From the NCBI GenBank assembly GCA_044892525.1, contig CM097885.1, forward strand, positions 16,184,001-16,248,000: 64,000 nucleotides of DNA. The letters are read 5' to 3'. How positions within the stretch are numbered: position 1 is the stretch's first letter; each line of letters begins with the position of its first letter. Both the position numbers and the translations under genes were made by a program. The notes below the pieces were generated by a model. The model saw only the letters and a program-made list of their open reading frames with translations, made no database searches and had not been told where the DNA came from. Below, piece by piece: positions 29,635-38,665 of the stretch. The stretch is from Schmidtea polychroa. Its lineage: Eukaryota.

Positions 29635-30256
29635 TTATGTATGATTCTTTAGCCACTTCTCTCGTTTAATTTTGTTAGAATATTCATTAGTTATAACATT
29701 AGCACTTTTTAATCTATTAATATTATTTTTAATATCTTGTATTATTTGATTTGATTTCATTATTTCATCATCAGTTAAGATTCCATCTTCCAAAGCTTTT
29801 AATTGAAATAAAAATAATTTAGAGATTCTTAATTCTATTGATAAACAAACTTCACGATATAAACTTTTCTTTTTAGAAGTATAAGATAATGAAACTATTT
29901 CAGTCAAGAAACCATCAGCTACAGAAATACTTCCAAGTATTACAGGTGCTATTGTTAAAACTGGTAAAGTTATAGGTAAAATAACTGTTAATATTGCAGA
30001 TGTAAATCCTAAAGAATAAGCTATAATTTTTAAAACTGTATTCCCTTTATTCCATCTATTTTTAACCTTTTTATAATGCTTTAATAAATCTTGTAAATGT
30101 AAGGTTTCTGATTTAAATTCTTTTACTCTCATAATTTCAAGTTCTGTGGGAGCCGAGGCCTTGGAAGAATAATATCCTGATGATCTCAATTCTGGAGGGA
30201 GCTCTGGATAAATTTTTTTCTTCTCTTACTTCTTCCATCTTTTGGACTTTGTCCAT
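29635..30256 (-). CDS. Polinton membrane protein (GasderminX-like); probable frameshift in the A-run near 30215
   Basis: Hydrophobic hairpin IIAYSLGFTSAILTVILPITLPVLTIAPVILG and C-terminal KALEDGILTDDE; IYPELP and ASAP in frame upstream; ATG at 30256 is in another frame. Confidence 0.6.
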
Positions 30257-30264
30257 TTTAATAA

Positions 30265-31275
30265 TTAAAAAAATAAGACTTTATTCTTCTGAGCACCATC
30301 TGTCACCAATACTCGGATATCAAAAGAAACTCTTGTTGAGAGGATATCTTTATACAATTCTCTCAATGCTTTACGAACTTCATCAACATCAACCTTTTTT
30401 TCATAAAATATTAAACCTATATATTGTACAAGTGTGCTTTTAAAAATAATATTCTTACTTTTAACTTTATGTAGTCCATGTGAATGAGTATTAACATACC
30501 AATCTCCGTGTGGTAAATCATAACTAGTCATTATAACATCACCCTTTTCAAGCTTACTATTATAATCACATTTCACAAACCATTTCATTCTTTCATTATC
30601 ATCATCAAACAAAAAGAAATAAGGATCAATAATCTTTACAACCATAAAAACACCCCATTCTTTACTGTTTGTTGTTATTAAACTTGGTTCTATAAAATGT
30701 TTATATGTATGGGGTAATAATGTTTTATTCTGTTCTAATTCAGCAGCTCTTTTTCTAATACTATGTGTGGTGTTAATGTGTGTTCCATGAGACTCTAAAT
30801 TTGAAATTCTTTTATTAAATGATGTAATCATCTCATTTATTATATTATATATTGTATTAAATTTAGTATTCATAATTTGTTTATCTTTAGAATTTAATAT
30901 GCTAGTATTTAACTTTACAACTTGTTCAGTTAACAGACTTTGTAACTTGTCAAATTTATCATTAAATCGTTGTTCGATATTATTAAGCTTTGATTCCATT
31001 GAATCCATTTTTGTTGTTAATGAACTTTCAATTCTTGTTGTTGTTAAATCAGTATATTTTTTAACACCATCAACATATTTTTTATTAACTGCATCAGCTT
31101 CATCAGTTGGAAAAGATAATTCTTTTATCTTGTGTCCATTTAAAATTAAATCACCCTTCATTGAATCACCTCTTTCATTAATATATTTATTTTCTGTTAA
31201 AGTTAATATTTCTTCTGTATTAAACCCTGTTTTTATTGTTCCACCACCTCTATTACATGGAATATAAGAACTCAT
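30265..31275 (-). CDS. fibre/spike-like protein with coiled coil
   Basis: GDSMKGDLILNGHKIKEL..PTDEADAVNKKYVD tail-fibre-type motif, long heptad region, position next to the penton gene. Confidence 0.6.
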   Translation of the reverse strand: MSSYIPCNRGGGTIKTGFNTEEILTLTENKYINERGDSMKGDLILNGHKIKELSFPTDEADAVNKKYVDGVKKYTDLTTTRIESSLTTKMDSMESKLNNIEQRFNDKFDKLQSLLTEQVVKLNTSILNSKDKQIMNTKFNTIYNIINEMITSFNKRISNLESHGTHINTTHSIRKRAAELEQNKTLLPHTYKHFIEPSLITTNSKEWGVFMVVKIIDPYFFLFDDDNERMKWFVKCDYNSKLEKGDVIMTSYDLPHGDWYVNTHSHGLHKVKSKNIIFKSTLVQYIGLIFYEKKVDVDEVRKALRELYKDILSTRVSFDIRVLVTDGAQKNKVLFF

Positions 31276-31299
31276 TTATTAATAATTTAAAATGAATCT

Positions 31300-32058
31300 T
31301 CAAACCTGTTTCAAATGTAAATACATTGAAATCTCGTCTCCATTAAAATCAATCAATTCTCCTTCTTGATTAAGAATTTTAAAATTAATATCCATTATAT
31401 ATTTTCTACATAAAGGTAAATAATTTGGAGGATTCATTCTTTCAACTATTTTATATCCCATAGGAACTGTGTTTGAGGGAAAGGAATATAAAACATTTGT
31501 TTGTTTACCATTATTATAAGAACCTGTTATACAATCACAATGAATATTTATTGTGTTTGTATTTATTATTTTTATAATATGTTCTGATGTTATAATAGAT
31601 TCTTTCTCAACTTTAGGTATGTTATAATGACTCTGTGTAAATCCTAAAATTGTTCTAAAGAAACTATTATTTTGAAACCTAATTCCTATATTCTTTAAAG
31701 TCATTATACATTTTGAAGTTGGTAAATCCATTTTAATTTTAATGATTCCATTTGTTTTTTTAGAAAGTATATTATTTAAATCTTTTATCTCATAAGCCCC
31801 GGGTTCTATTATTATTATAATGTTATCCTCGAATTTTGGGGGGCTTACATAACTAAATGTGTTATTATCTTTAGTTATATTAAAAATAGTATTATAAGCA
31901 CAAAACCATAATAGACCTAATTCATAATTTAAATTTTGATCTAATTTTATTGAATCTTGAAAGTTTATAGTAAAGTCTGATTCTTTTGAATTTATAGATA
32001 AAGTTCTTGAATATTTATCTGACATTATGTTTACCATTTTTTTTAAATTATCTTCCAT
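31300..32058 (-). CDS. minor capsid protein (penton, single jelly roll)
   Basis: NTIFNITKDNNTF, IEPGAYEIKDLN, INIHCDCITGSY, YLPL, NQEGELIDFNGDEISMYLHLK, typical of Polinton minor capsid proteins. Confidence 0.85.
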   Translation of the reverse strand: MEDNLKKMVNIMSDKYSRTLSINSKESDFTINFQDSIKLDQNLNYELGLLWFCAYNTIFNITKDNNTFSYVSPPKFEDNIIIIIEPGAYEIKDLNNILSKKTNGIIKIKMDLPTSKCIMTLKNIGIRFQNNSFFRTILGFTQSHYNIPKVEKESIITSEHIIKIINTNTINIHCDCITGSYNNGKQTNVLYSFPSNTVPMGYKIVERMNPPNYLPLCRKYIMDINFKILNQEGELIDFNGDEISMYLHLKQV

Positions 32059-32061
32059 TTC

Positions 32062-32496
32062 TTATAGTAGAGATTTTAAATCATTATAAATTTCTTGGAT
32101 TAAGGAAGTGAAACCTTCTCCTTTGAATTTATTCAATCTATACAAAACATATAAGCTTATAATACCACATATTTTAGTATTATTAGGTTGAACTTGTAAA
32201 GAATTAAAAGTATAGTCCTTCGACAGATAGTCTTCAACTTCTTTAGTAGGTTTAATCCCAAAAGAATCAAAGTATATAGATTTATTATATATAAAAACCC
32301 AATGAGATCCTTTTTCATTTGAATTTTGATAATTTATAATGATATTCTTTGGAGTGTCTTCTTTCAGACTCGACAATTCATCATTCATTAATATTTTTAT
32401 TTTTAAATTTAAATAATCTGCATAATCTTTTAAATCAAAATTTGTTTTTGTATTTATTCCAAATGTTTTTAAAAAATCTAATATTGAAGGAGTCAT
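32062..32496 (-). CDS. adenain-like cysteine maturation protease
   Basis: GSHWV, YFDSFG, QVQPNNTKICG. Confidence 0.92.
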   Translation of the reverse strand: MTPSILDFLKTFGINTKTNFDLKDYADYLNLKIKILMNDELSSLKEDTPKNIIINYQNSNEKGSHWVFIYNKSIYFDSFGIKPTKEVEDYLSKDYTFNSLQVQPNNTKICGIISLYVLYRLNKFKGEGFTSLIQEIYNDLKSLL

Positions 32497-32518
32497 TTTA
32501 TATTTTATAACTTCGTAT

Positions 32519-33316
32519 TTATAACTTCGTATATTTATTAAATTTATCTTTTGAAATTATTCCTTGTTTTAATAATTCTTTAGAAATCTTTAAAATATCA
32601 GAATCTAAATTATTATGTCCTGCTTTTTTAGCTGCTAATAGTTTTCTTAATTCAATAAAAAGATTGATTGGGTTTATCTCCTTACCCTTTCCCTGGCCCT
32701 GACCCTGGCCCTCTCCTTCTGTGACAATATAACCCCTTTCATTTTTATTTAAATATTTCTTTAAATCTTGAATATGTTTTGCTTTAGCACTACCATGTAC
32801 TAATTCTATTAAATTTAAATATTTTTTAATTTCTAGAAGATCAACATTCTCTGAGGGATATCCACAAACTAATCCATAAAAATCATCTGTAAATTCAAAA
32901 TCTAGGTGTTTAGTATTATAAACATTTTGTGAATGAATACGTGATTTATTTTCTGAATTTAAATATAACAGAAAGTCATGTTTATTAATTGTTATTATTT
33001 GATATCCTTCAACATTAATATTAAATGTAGGTTTAATTGTTTTACTTAAACTCACATTAATTTTAGGATCAAGTATAAGAGGTTTTATATTTAAATCTTC
33101 CAACCATGGTAATTCTTTTAAATCTTGTTTACCTTCCAACTCTTTAAATTTTAAAACTTCTAACTCTTTTATGGCTTTAATTGTTGGTCCTTGTTGTTGT
33201 TGGATTACCTCATTTAATATTATAGATTCAGCGTGTTGAGTTGTATCTTTTTTATTATATTTATCTTGTTCTGATTGTAATTTTTTTAAAAGTGCTAATC
33301 TTTCTTCATATACCAT
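32519..33316 (-). CDS. conserved Polinton/adintovirus hypothetical protein
   Basis: Open 265 aa; the C-terminal LRKLLAAKKAGHN...ELLKQGII motif is recurrent in Polinton core genes. Confidence 0.65.
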   Translation of the reverse strand: MVYEERLALLKKLQSEQDKYNKKDTTQHAESIILNEVIQQQQGPTIKAIKELEVLKFKELEGKQDLKELPWLEDLNIKPLILDPKINVSLSKTIKPTFNINVEGYQIITINKHDFLLYLNSENKSRIHSQNVYNTKHLDFEFTDDFYGLVCGYPSENVDLLEIKKYLNLIELVHGSAKAKHIQDLKKYLNKNERGYIVTEGEGQGQGQGKGKEINPINLFIELRKLLAAKKAGHNNLDSDILKISKELLKQGIISKDKFNKYTKL

Positions 33317-33338
33317 TTTAATGGTATTAAAAATGGTA

Positions 33339-33854
33339 TCATTTTGGTAAAGGATCCGTTGGAAAGGGTTTCAAGTATAAACCTTTACCATTTTTAATTT
33401 TACAAAGACATCCATTTTTTAAAGATTTACATATTTTTTTTAAATTATCTTTATCTTTTGAAGATAAAGATTCAGATGTAGAAATTTGATTTTTTAAAAA
33501 ATCATTTAAACCACGACCTTTATAAGGATCAAGATAAAGACCTTTCCCTCCCTTCATTTTCTCGATTTCAGTTTGTAGTTTTTCTTTTTCTAGGTCTGTC
33601 TTTTGAGATTCTTTAGCTTTTTGAACTGTAGTTGCAATTCCTCCAGCTATTCCAGCAGCACCTGATAGTCCGGCAATGATTGCAGGTATTAAAGCAGCTA
33701 ATGGAAGAATACCTCCGGATTTGGAGGAACTCCCTATATGTTCTTTAACTTGTTCTTTTACATGTTTTCCAATAAAATATTTCTTACCATCAATTACAAC
33801 TGATTTATTTTTATTTGAATTTATTAATTCTTGTAAAGATTCTTCAGTTGTCAT
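33339..33854 (-). CDS. core protein with an adenovirus pX/mu-like segment
   Basis: SGGILPLAALIPAIIAGLSGAAGIAGGIA resembles pX RGGILPLLIPLIAAAIGAVPGIA; repeated GKGLYL motifs. Confidence 0.7.
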   Translation of the reverse strand: MTTEESLQELINSNKNKSVVIDGKKYFIGKHVKEQVKEHIGSSSKSGGILPLAALIPAIIAGLSGAAGIAGGIATTVQKAKESQKTDLEKEKLQTEIEKMKGGKGLYLDPYKGRGLNDFLKNQISTSESLSSKDKDNLKKICKSLKNGCLCKIKNGKGLYLKPFPTDPLPK

Positions 33855-33870
33855 TTTATAATAAATAAAA

Positions 33871-34650
33871 ATGGATACTTGGAAACCAATTTTAAATAGA
33901 CATAAATCTAAATTTAATAATAAAGTATTTCCTGATAATTTTAGATGCTTAATTATTGGATCTTCTGGATGTGGAAAAAATGTTCTTCTTATGAGAATGT
34001 TATTAGAAGATGGTTTTTTGGATTATAATAATTTAATCTTTTATTCTACAACCATTAACCAACCGGAATTACAACTTTTGAAATGTGGATTTGAAAATAA
34101 ATTAACTAAAAAAGCTATAATTGATATTTTTAAAAATCAACATACATATCCCGAAGAGGTTTTTCATCCTTGTGATATGGTTGATTGGTACAAGGAAAAG
34201 ATTTTAGAATCAGATATTAGTAATAAAAATGATTATATAGGGGATGGAATCCAGATCTTATTCTCTAATAAACCTGAAGATGTTTTACATTGTGATTTAC
34301 TTCCTAAAGATAAAAAGAATCTAGTTATATTTGATGATGTTGTTAACATGAAAAATCAAGAGATTCAAAAGAGTTACTTTACACGAGGTAGACATAATAA
34401 TTGTAATGTTATTTATATATCTCAAACATATTATGCTTTAGATAAAAACTCTATAAGAAATAATTCTAATTGTTTTATATTTTTTAAATTAGACAAGCGT
34501 GATAAGAATATGATTTATAATGATTTATTTTCAAATGTTGAACCTGATAAGAATATCTTTGATATGTTTGTTGATAATCATTGGAAAGAAAAATATAATT
34601 ATATTTATTTGGATAGAGAAGAAGCTGAAATATGGAAAAGTTTGTTTTAG
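33871..34650 (+). CDS. A32/FtsK-like packaging ATPase
   Basis: IIGSSGCGKN, LVIFDD, TRGRHNNCNVIYISQTYY, IRNNSN. Confidence 0.93.
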   Translation: MDTWKPILNRHKSKFNNKVFPDNFRCLIIGSSGCGKNVLLMRMLLEDGFLDYNNLIFYSTTINQPELQLLKCGFENKLTKKAIIDIFKNQHTYPEEVFHPCDMVDWYKEKILESDISNKNDYIGDGIQILFSNKPEDVLHCDLLPKDKKNLVIFDDVVNMKNQEIQKSYFTRGRHNNCNVIYISQTYYALDKNSIRNNSNCFIFFKLDKRDKNMIYNDLFSNVEPDKNIFDMFVDNHWKEKYNYIYLDREEAEIWKSLF

Positions 34651-34661
34651 GGCTTGTCGAC

Positions 34662-36056
34662 TTAAAAATCTGTTTTCTGTAGTTCATTATTATAAAATCT
34701 ACCTAATATTTTTTCATTATTTAAATCGATGATACCATATGTTATTGGAGTTGTATGATGTATTTTATTTATAATAAAAATTTCATTTGTCCATTTTGCT
34801 GTGAATCCTTTTTCAAATTTATTTTTATATTTAAATATTCTTACGCGGTCACCAATTTTAAATTTTGGTTTTATAGGGGTTGTATCAACAATAACATCAT
34901 TTTCAATATTTACCACTTTAACTGTTTCAGGATTCAAGGAAGCATTTAAAGGTGTTGATTTTATAGAACTATGTACATCATTATTATATTCATTTACAAT
35001 CTTTTGTAACAATTCATTGTTCCATTTTTGTTTTCCAATAGCAGTAAAATATTTCCACATTTTATTTTTTAATGTTCTATTTAATCTTTCAACCACAACT
35101 GCTTTTCCTTCGTTTTCTGTTGAATATAATTTAATATCATTTTCATTTAAAAACTTTGTAAAAACTTTGTTATAAAATTCTGTTCCTTTATCACACCATA
35201 AATATTTTGGAATTCTTTGATATTCTTCAAATATATTTTCAAATGCTTCTGTAATTGAATATCCTGTTTTATTTTCTAAACACCTTGCAAAAGCAAATCT
35301 TGTATATAAATCTATTACTGTTAAAATTATTTTATATTTTTCAGGGTCTGATGATTTGGGCATAAAGACTAAATCAGCAGACCATGTTTGATCTTTTTCA
35401 TGTACTTGAACTTTTAAATATTTTTTATTTTTTCTAAATTCATGGTGTAATTCGTTGGCATATTTTATTTCTGATTCTGTTGGGGTTTGTAAGGGTTTAT
35501 TCTCAAAGAGTTGATTCTCAAGGGATCTTTCAACGTCTGCTTGTTCAATAATCCTTTTATTAGCAACATCTTTTGCTTTTCTAGGAAGTCCTGCTCCTAT
35601 GAAAATCTTACCTTTCATGGCTAATTTAACTAGAGCTCTTTGAATCTTTTCCTTGCTTGATGGATTTTGGATACTATTTAAATCATGTATTAAATTCACA
35701 TCAGCAACATGTCTATCTCTAAGATCTTCTGAGTTGTATGCAATATCATGTTTTAAAGCTGCTTGATCAATTCTATTTATTGGTTCTTCTCCTTGTTTAG
35801 GATTATTATTTTCATCTAATCTAATATCTAATCTTGTTCCTGGTCCAGTATAGTTGTGATGGAATAAATGTCTTTCACCTGGATATTTTTCAGTAGTAAA
35901 GGGTTTTAATAATGTTGATGTTGTTTTTAAAGATTGAAGATCACCTCCGGCTGCTAGTTTAGATCCAAGTATATGTTTTTTAGTTTTAACATGAGAGGCT
36001 TTGTGATGTCTTGTAACTTGACAATGACAAGTTTCACATGTCCAATATTTACTCAT
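34662..36056 (-). CDS. zinc finger - parvovirus-type PLA2 - rve integrase fusion
   Basis: Likely start MSKYWTCETC; NYTGPGT, DQAALKHDIAY, RHVAD; WSADL, CDKGTEFYN, VERLNRTLK; C-terminal PKFKIGDRVRI...GRFYNNEL; one open frame. Confidence 0.92.
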   Translation of the reverse strand: MSKYWTCETCHCQVTRHHKASHVKTKKHILGSKLAAGGDLQSLKTTSTLLKPFTTEKYPGERHLFHHNYTGPGTRLDIRLDENNNPKQGEEPINRIDQAALKHDIAYNSEDLRDRHVADVNLIHDLNSIQNPSSKEKIQRALVKLAMKGKIFIGAGLPRKAKDVANKRIIEQADVERSLENQLFENKPLQTPTESEIKYANELHHEFRKNKKYLKVQVHEKDQTWSADLVFMPKSSDPEKYKIILTVIDLYTRFAFARCLENKTGYSITEAFENIFEEYQRIPKYLWCDKGTEFYNKVFTKFLNENDIKLYSTENEGKAVVVERLNRTLKNKMWKYFTAIGKQKWNNELLQKIVNEYNNDVHSSIKSTPLNASLNPETVKVVNIENDVIVDTTPIKPKFKIGDRVRIFKYKNKFEKGFTAKWTNEIFIINKIHHTTPITYGIIDLNNEKILGRFYNNELQKTDF

Positions 36057-36069
36057 TTTAAAAAGTTTT

Positions 36070-37368
36070 TTATGAAGAAGAATCACCTCGTACATTTTCA
36101 ATAATTGAAATCTTTCCACCATATAATTTCATTTCTATTTTCTTTTCTTCTAATATTAATGTATATACTTTAGCTTTAAAATTAGAATCCTTTGTTATAT
36201 GAAGTGTAACATCAACATTATTTATGGCTAGGCGATCATCTTGGTCTGAAACATTTATACAAAATATAGAATATAAATTTTTGAAATCTTCTAAACTTAA
36301 TTGCGGTTCAACTTTGAAATCATAACATGTTTCAATATAATTTAGATATGGGAATATGTTTTCATTATTTTCAATATTAAATTCCATTCTATTTATTGGA
36401 TAATAAGAACTATTTAATTGAATTTGGATTGTTTTTAAATTATCATCTCCAATCTTTTGAATAAACAAGTTGTTATTTTTTTGAAATGATGGATCTGTTT
36501 CTTTGAATCCAATCAAGATATATCTTGGTCGGTATGCTAAATTTGCTACCTTTATAGAATATGTTGAACCCTCTGTCATACTAAATTCACTACAGATTCG
36601 ATTTAAATAATTTACATTTATAGATTTGTTGGAATTTAATCTTTCAAGGAGTTTGATTTCAGAATGTGGATTTAATGTCCATTCAGGTATATGCAATTCA
36701 AGTGTTGATAATTTTAATTTAGCTTTTGTATCTGCAGCTCCATAGAACAATCTTTTATCACCTTCTAGTCTATTACAGATGAGTTCTATAAAAACATTAT
36801 GGAGCACCCGGTTATAGTTTTGAAGGAATCCGAACAAGTGTTTTAATTCAAAATAACCTTCAAATTTTTTCAACTTATAAAGTTCAACTCTTTTATAGTA
36901 AGCATAATTTATATCTAAACCATCTTTATCTAAATCCCCTTTATTAACATCAGGAATCCAACCTGTTAATTCACCATATTCGTTTTTATAATCACAACCA
37001 GTTAAAATAAAATTTAACATTGTAGAATATACTCCTGGATGCAAAACAGTTTCAATTTCTGATGATCCTAGTTTTAATCTCATGTTGGAGAATAAATTTG
37101 GAAAGAAATTATTTTCTAGGGTTATATCTTTGTTTGCTTCAATTTCTAATTCAATTTTATAATATAATTTGGCATTACAAATATCTATTGGGTTTGATGT
37201 TTGAAGAGATTGAAAAACTATATCACCCCTACGATTTAAGTTTGCAATAGATCCTGAAGTTAGCGAGATTTTTAAAATATCATTTTTCTTGATTTCATGA
37301 GTAAATTCTTTATTATAATCAAGATTTAATTTATTTTTTTCTTGAATTTTAAGATTTATATTATTCAT
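36070..37368 (-). CDS. major capsid protein (double jelly roll)
   Basis: 432 aa; FPNLFSNMRLKLGSSEIE, LKHLFGFLQNY, RPRYILIGF, LNSSYYP, YSIFCINVS; genomic context. Confidence 0.88.
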   Translation of the reverse strand: MNNINLKIQEKNKLNLDYNKEFTHEIKKNDILKISLTSGSIANLNRRGDIVFQSLQTSNPIDICNAKLYYKIELEIEANKDITLENNFFPNLFSNMRLKLGSSEIETVLHPGVYSTMLNFILTGCDYKNEYGELTGWIPDVNKGDLDKDGLDINYAYYKRVELYKLKKFEGYFELKHLFGFLQNYNRVLHNVFIELICNRLEGDKRLFYGAADTKAKLKLSTLELHIPEWTLNPHSEIKLLERLNSNKSINVNYLNRICSEFSMTEGSTYSIKVANLAYRPRYILIGFKETDPSFQKNNNLFIQKIGDDNLKTIQIQLNSSYYPINRMEFNIENNENIFPYLNYIETCYDFKVEPQLSLEDFKNLYSIFCINVSDQDDRLAINNVDVTLHITKDSNFKAKVYTLILEEKKIEMKLYGGKISIIENVRGDSSS

Positions 37369-37403
37369 TTTTATAATAAAAATTTAAAAAATGATAAAAA
37401 TCC

Positions 37404-37488
37404 GAACTCCGATAGCGAAGTGGGCTAGACTGGCACAGTGGTTCAAATGGATAGCGGTTCAAATCCTAACTACGGTTAGTTTTTTTTT
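37404..37488 (+). ncRNA. putative Pol III small RNA gene, copy 1 (tRNA-derived)
   Basis: A box TAGCGAAGTGG (37413), B box GGTTCAAATCC (37456), hairpin CTAAC-TACG-GTTAG, then T9. Confidence 0.6.
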
Positions 37489-37636
37489 AACATAAAATAA
37501 TATTAAAAATTTGAAAATAATATTGAAAATGGTGTGGGTATCTTAGATTTATATTTTATTTTATTTATTTTTATTTTATTTTATTTATTTTATTTTTTTT
37601 TTTATTAATTAAAAATTTAAAAAATGACAAAAATCC

Positions 37637-37735
37637 GAACTCCGATAGCGCAGTGGGAATAGACTGGCACAGTGGTTCAAATGCTAGCGGTTCAAATGCT
37701 AGCGGTTCAAATCACGTCTGAGGTTAGTTTTTTTT
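37637..37735 (+). ncRNA. putative Pol III small RNA gene, copy 2 (tRNA-Trp-like ends)
   Basis: A box TAGCGCAGTGG (37646), three GGTTCAAAT boxes, 3' GTTCAAATCACGTCTGAGGTTA, then T8. Confidence 0.6.
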
Positions 37736-38374
37736 CAACATAAAATAATATTAAAAATTTGAAAATAATATTGAAAATAATTTTTGAAAATAAATATTAA
37801 AAAAATATATAGTGTGGGTATCTTAGGAAATAAATCTTGTTTATTTTATTTATTTATTTATTAATTAATTAATTTTTAAACATAAATATGAAAAAAAAAA
37901 TATTGAAACGGGTGATGGTGGCGAACCGGTAATTATCGCCACCAGTCTTTCGAACACCCCCGGATCGATTCTATAATGTGCACATTTATTTCTTGGTTGT
38001 TTTCGGACCTCTTTCGGATTCGCTTTCGAATTCATTTGTACTTTCGAGCAGCACACTTAAAACGCCGATGAAATCGACTTCGTGAGCGAGAAGCGAATAA
38101 TAAAGTGTGCTGCTATTATCGAATTGATTCTGATATGTAAGTCTGGCCAGCTTGTATATTGGAAGAGATTTGATAAACGAAAGAGGTTAAAATAAAAAAA
38201 AAAAAAAATGATCCGGATCAAAAAAAACTGTTGAGAGGACAGTGAAAAAAAAAAAAAAATACCACTGTCCTCTCAGAGCAGTTTTACTATTTTCATAAAA
38301 TTTTTTATTCTTCAAGATTAAGATTTATAAAATTATAAATTAGTCAAATAGCAACTTGCTAGTTGACATCCTCA

Positions 38375-38659
38375 AGTAGTGTGTTTATATCCCTAACGAC
38401 CGCAAGCCGACAAACGTTTTTCATAGTTTTATCAGTATTTTTTTCCCCGTTTTATTAATATTTTTGTTGTTTTTTTAATATTTTTGTTGTTTTTTTTAAG
38501 TCTTTATTTTGAAACCAAAATGTCTTCAGAATAAAGAAATTAAAAGATATAGGTTTTTAGGGGTTTTAAGTGTTTTTTTTACGTTAATGGGGGAAAAATA
38601 GGTATAAAACATGAAAACAGTGGGAGGCTTGTGGTCGTCAGGGATATAAACACACTACT
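38375..38659. repeat. right TIR of C, itself bounded by inverted repeats
   Basis: AGTAGTGTGTTTATATCCCTAACGACC...GGTCGTCAGGGATATAAACACACTACT. Confidence 0.93.
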
Positions 38660-38665
38660 ATCTCC

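Larger units (their letters stand above)
24911..38659. mobile_element. Polinton/Maverick (adintovirus-like endogenous virus) C, near complete, 13.7 kb
   Basis: AGTAGT...ACTACT termini, TIRs of about 300 bp, perfect TSD ATCTCC (24905-24910, 38660-38665); pPolB, integrase, ATPase, protease, major and minor capsid genes. Confidence 0.97.

Noticed and set aside
31160..31180. RGD integrin motif in the fibre-like protein
   Set aside because: It is part of the GD(S/T)MxG fibre repeat near the N-terminus and unlikely to be an exposed ligand
36057..36122. Extended N-terminus of the PLA2-integrase ORF overlapping the capsid gene
   Set aside because: Non-ATG start; the ATG at 36056 in AAAATG context after the capsid stop is more plausible
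37404..37735. Functional tRNA genes
   Set aside because: No cloverleaf: the anticodon arm is absent and the T and acceptor stems do not pair well; kept only as tRNA-derived Pol III units
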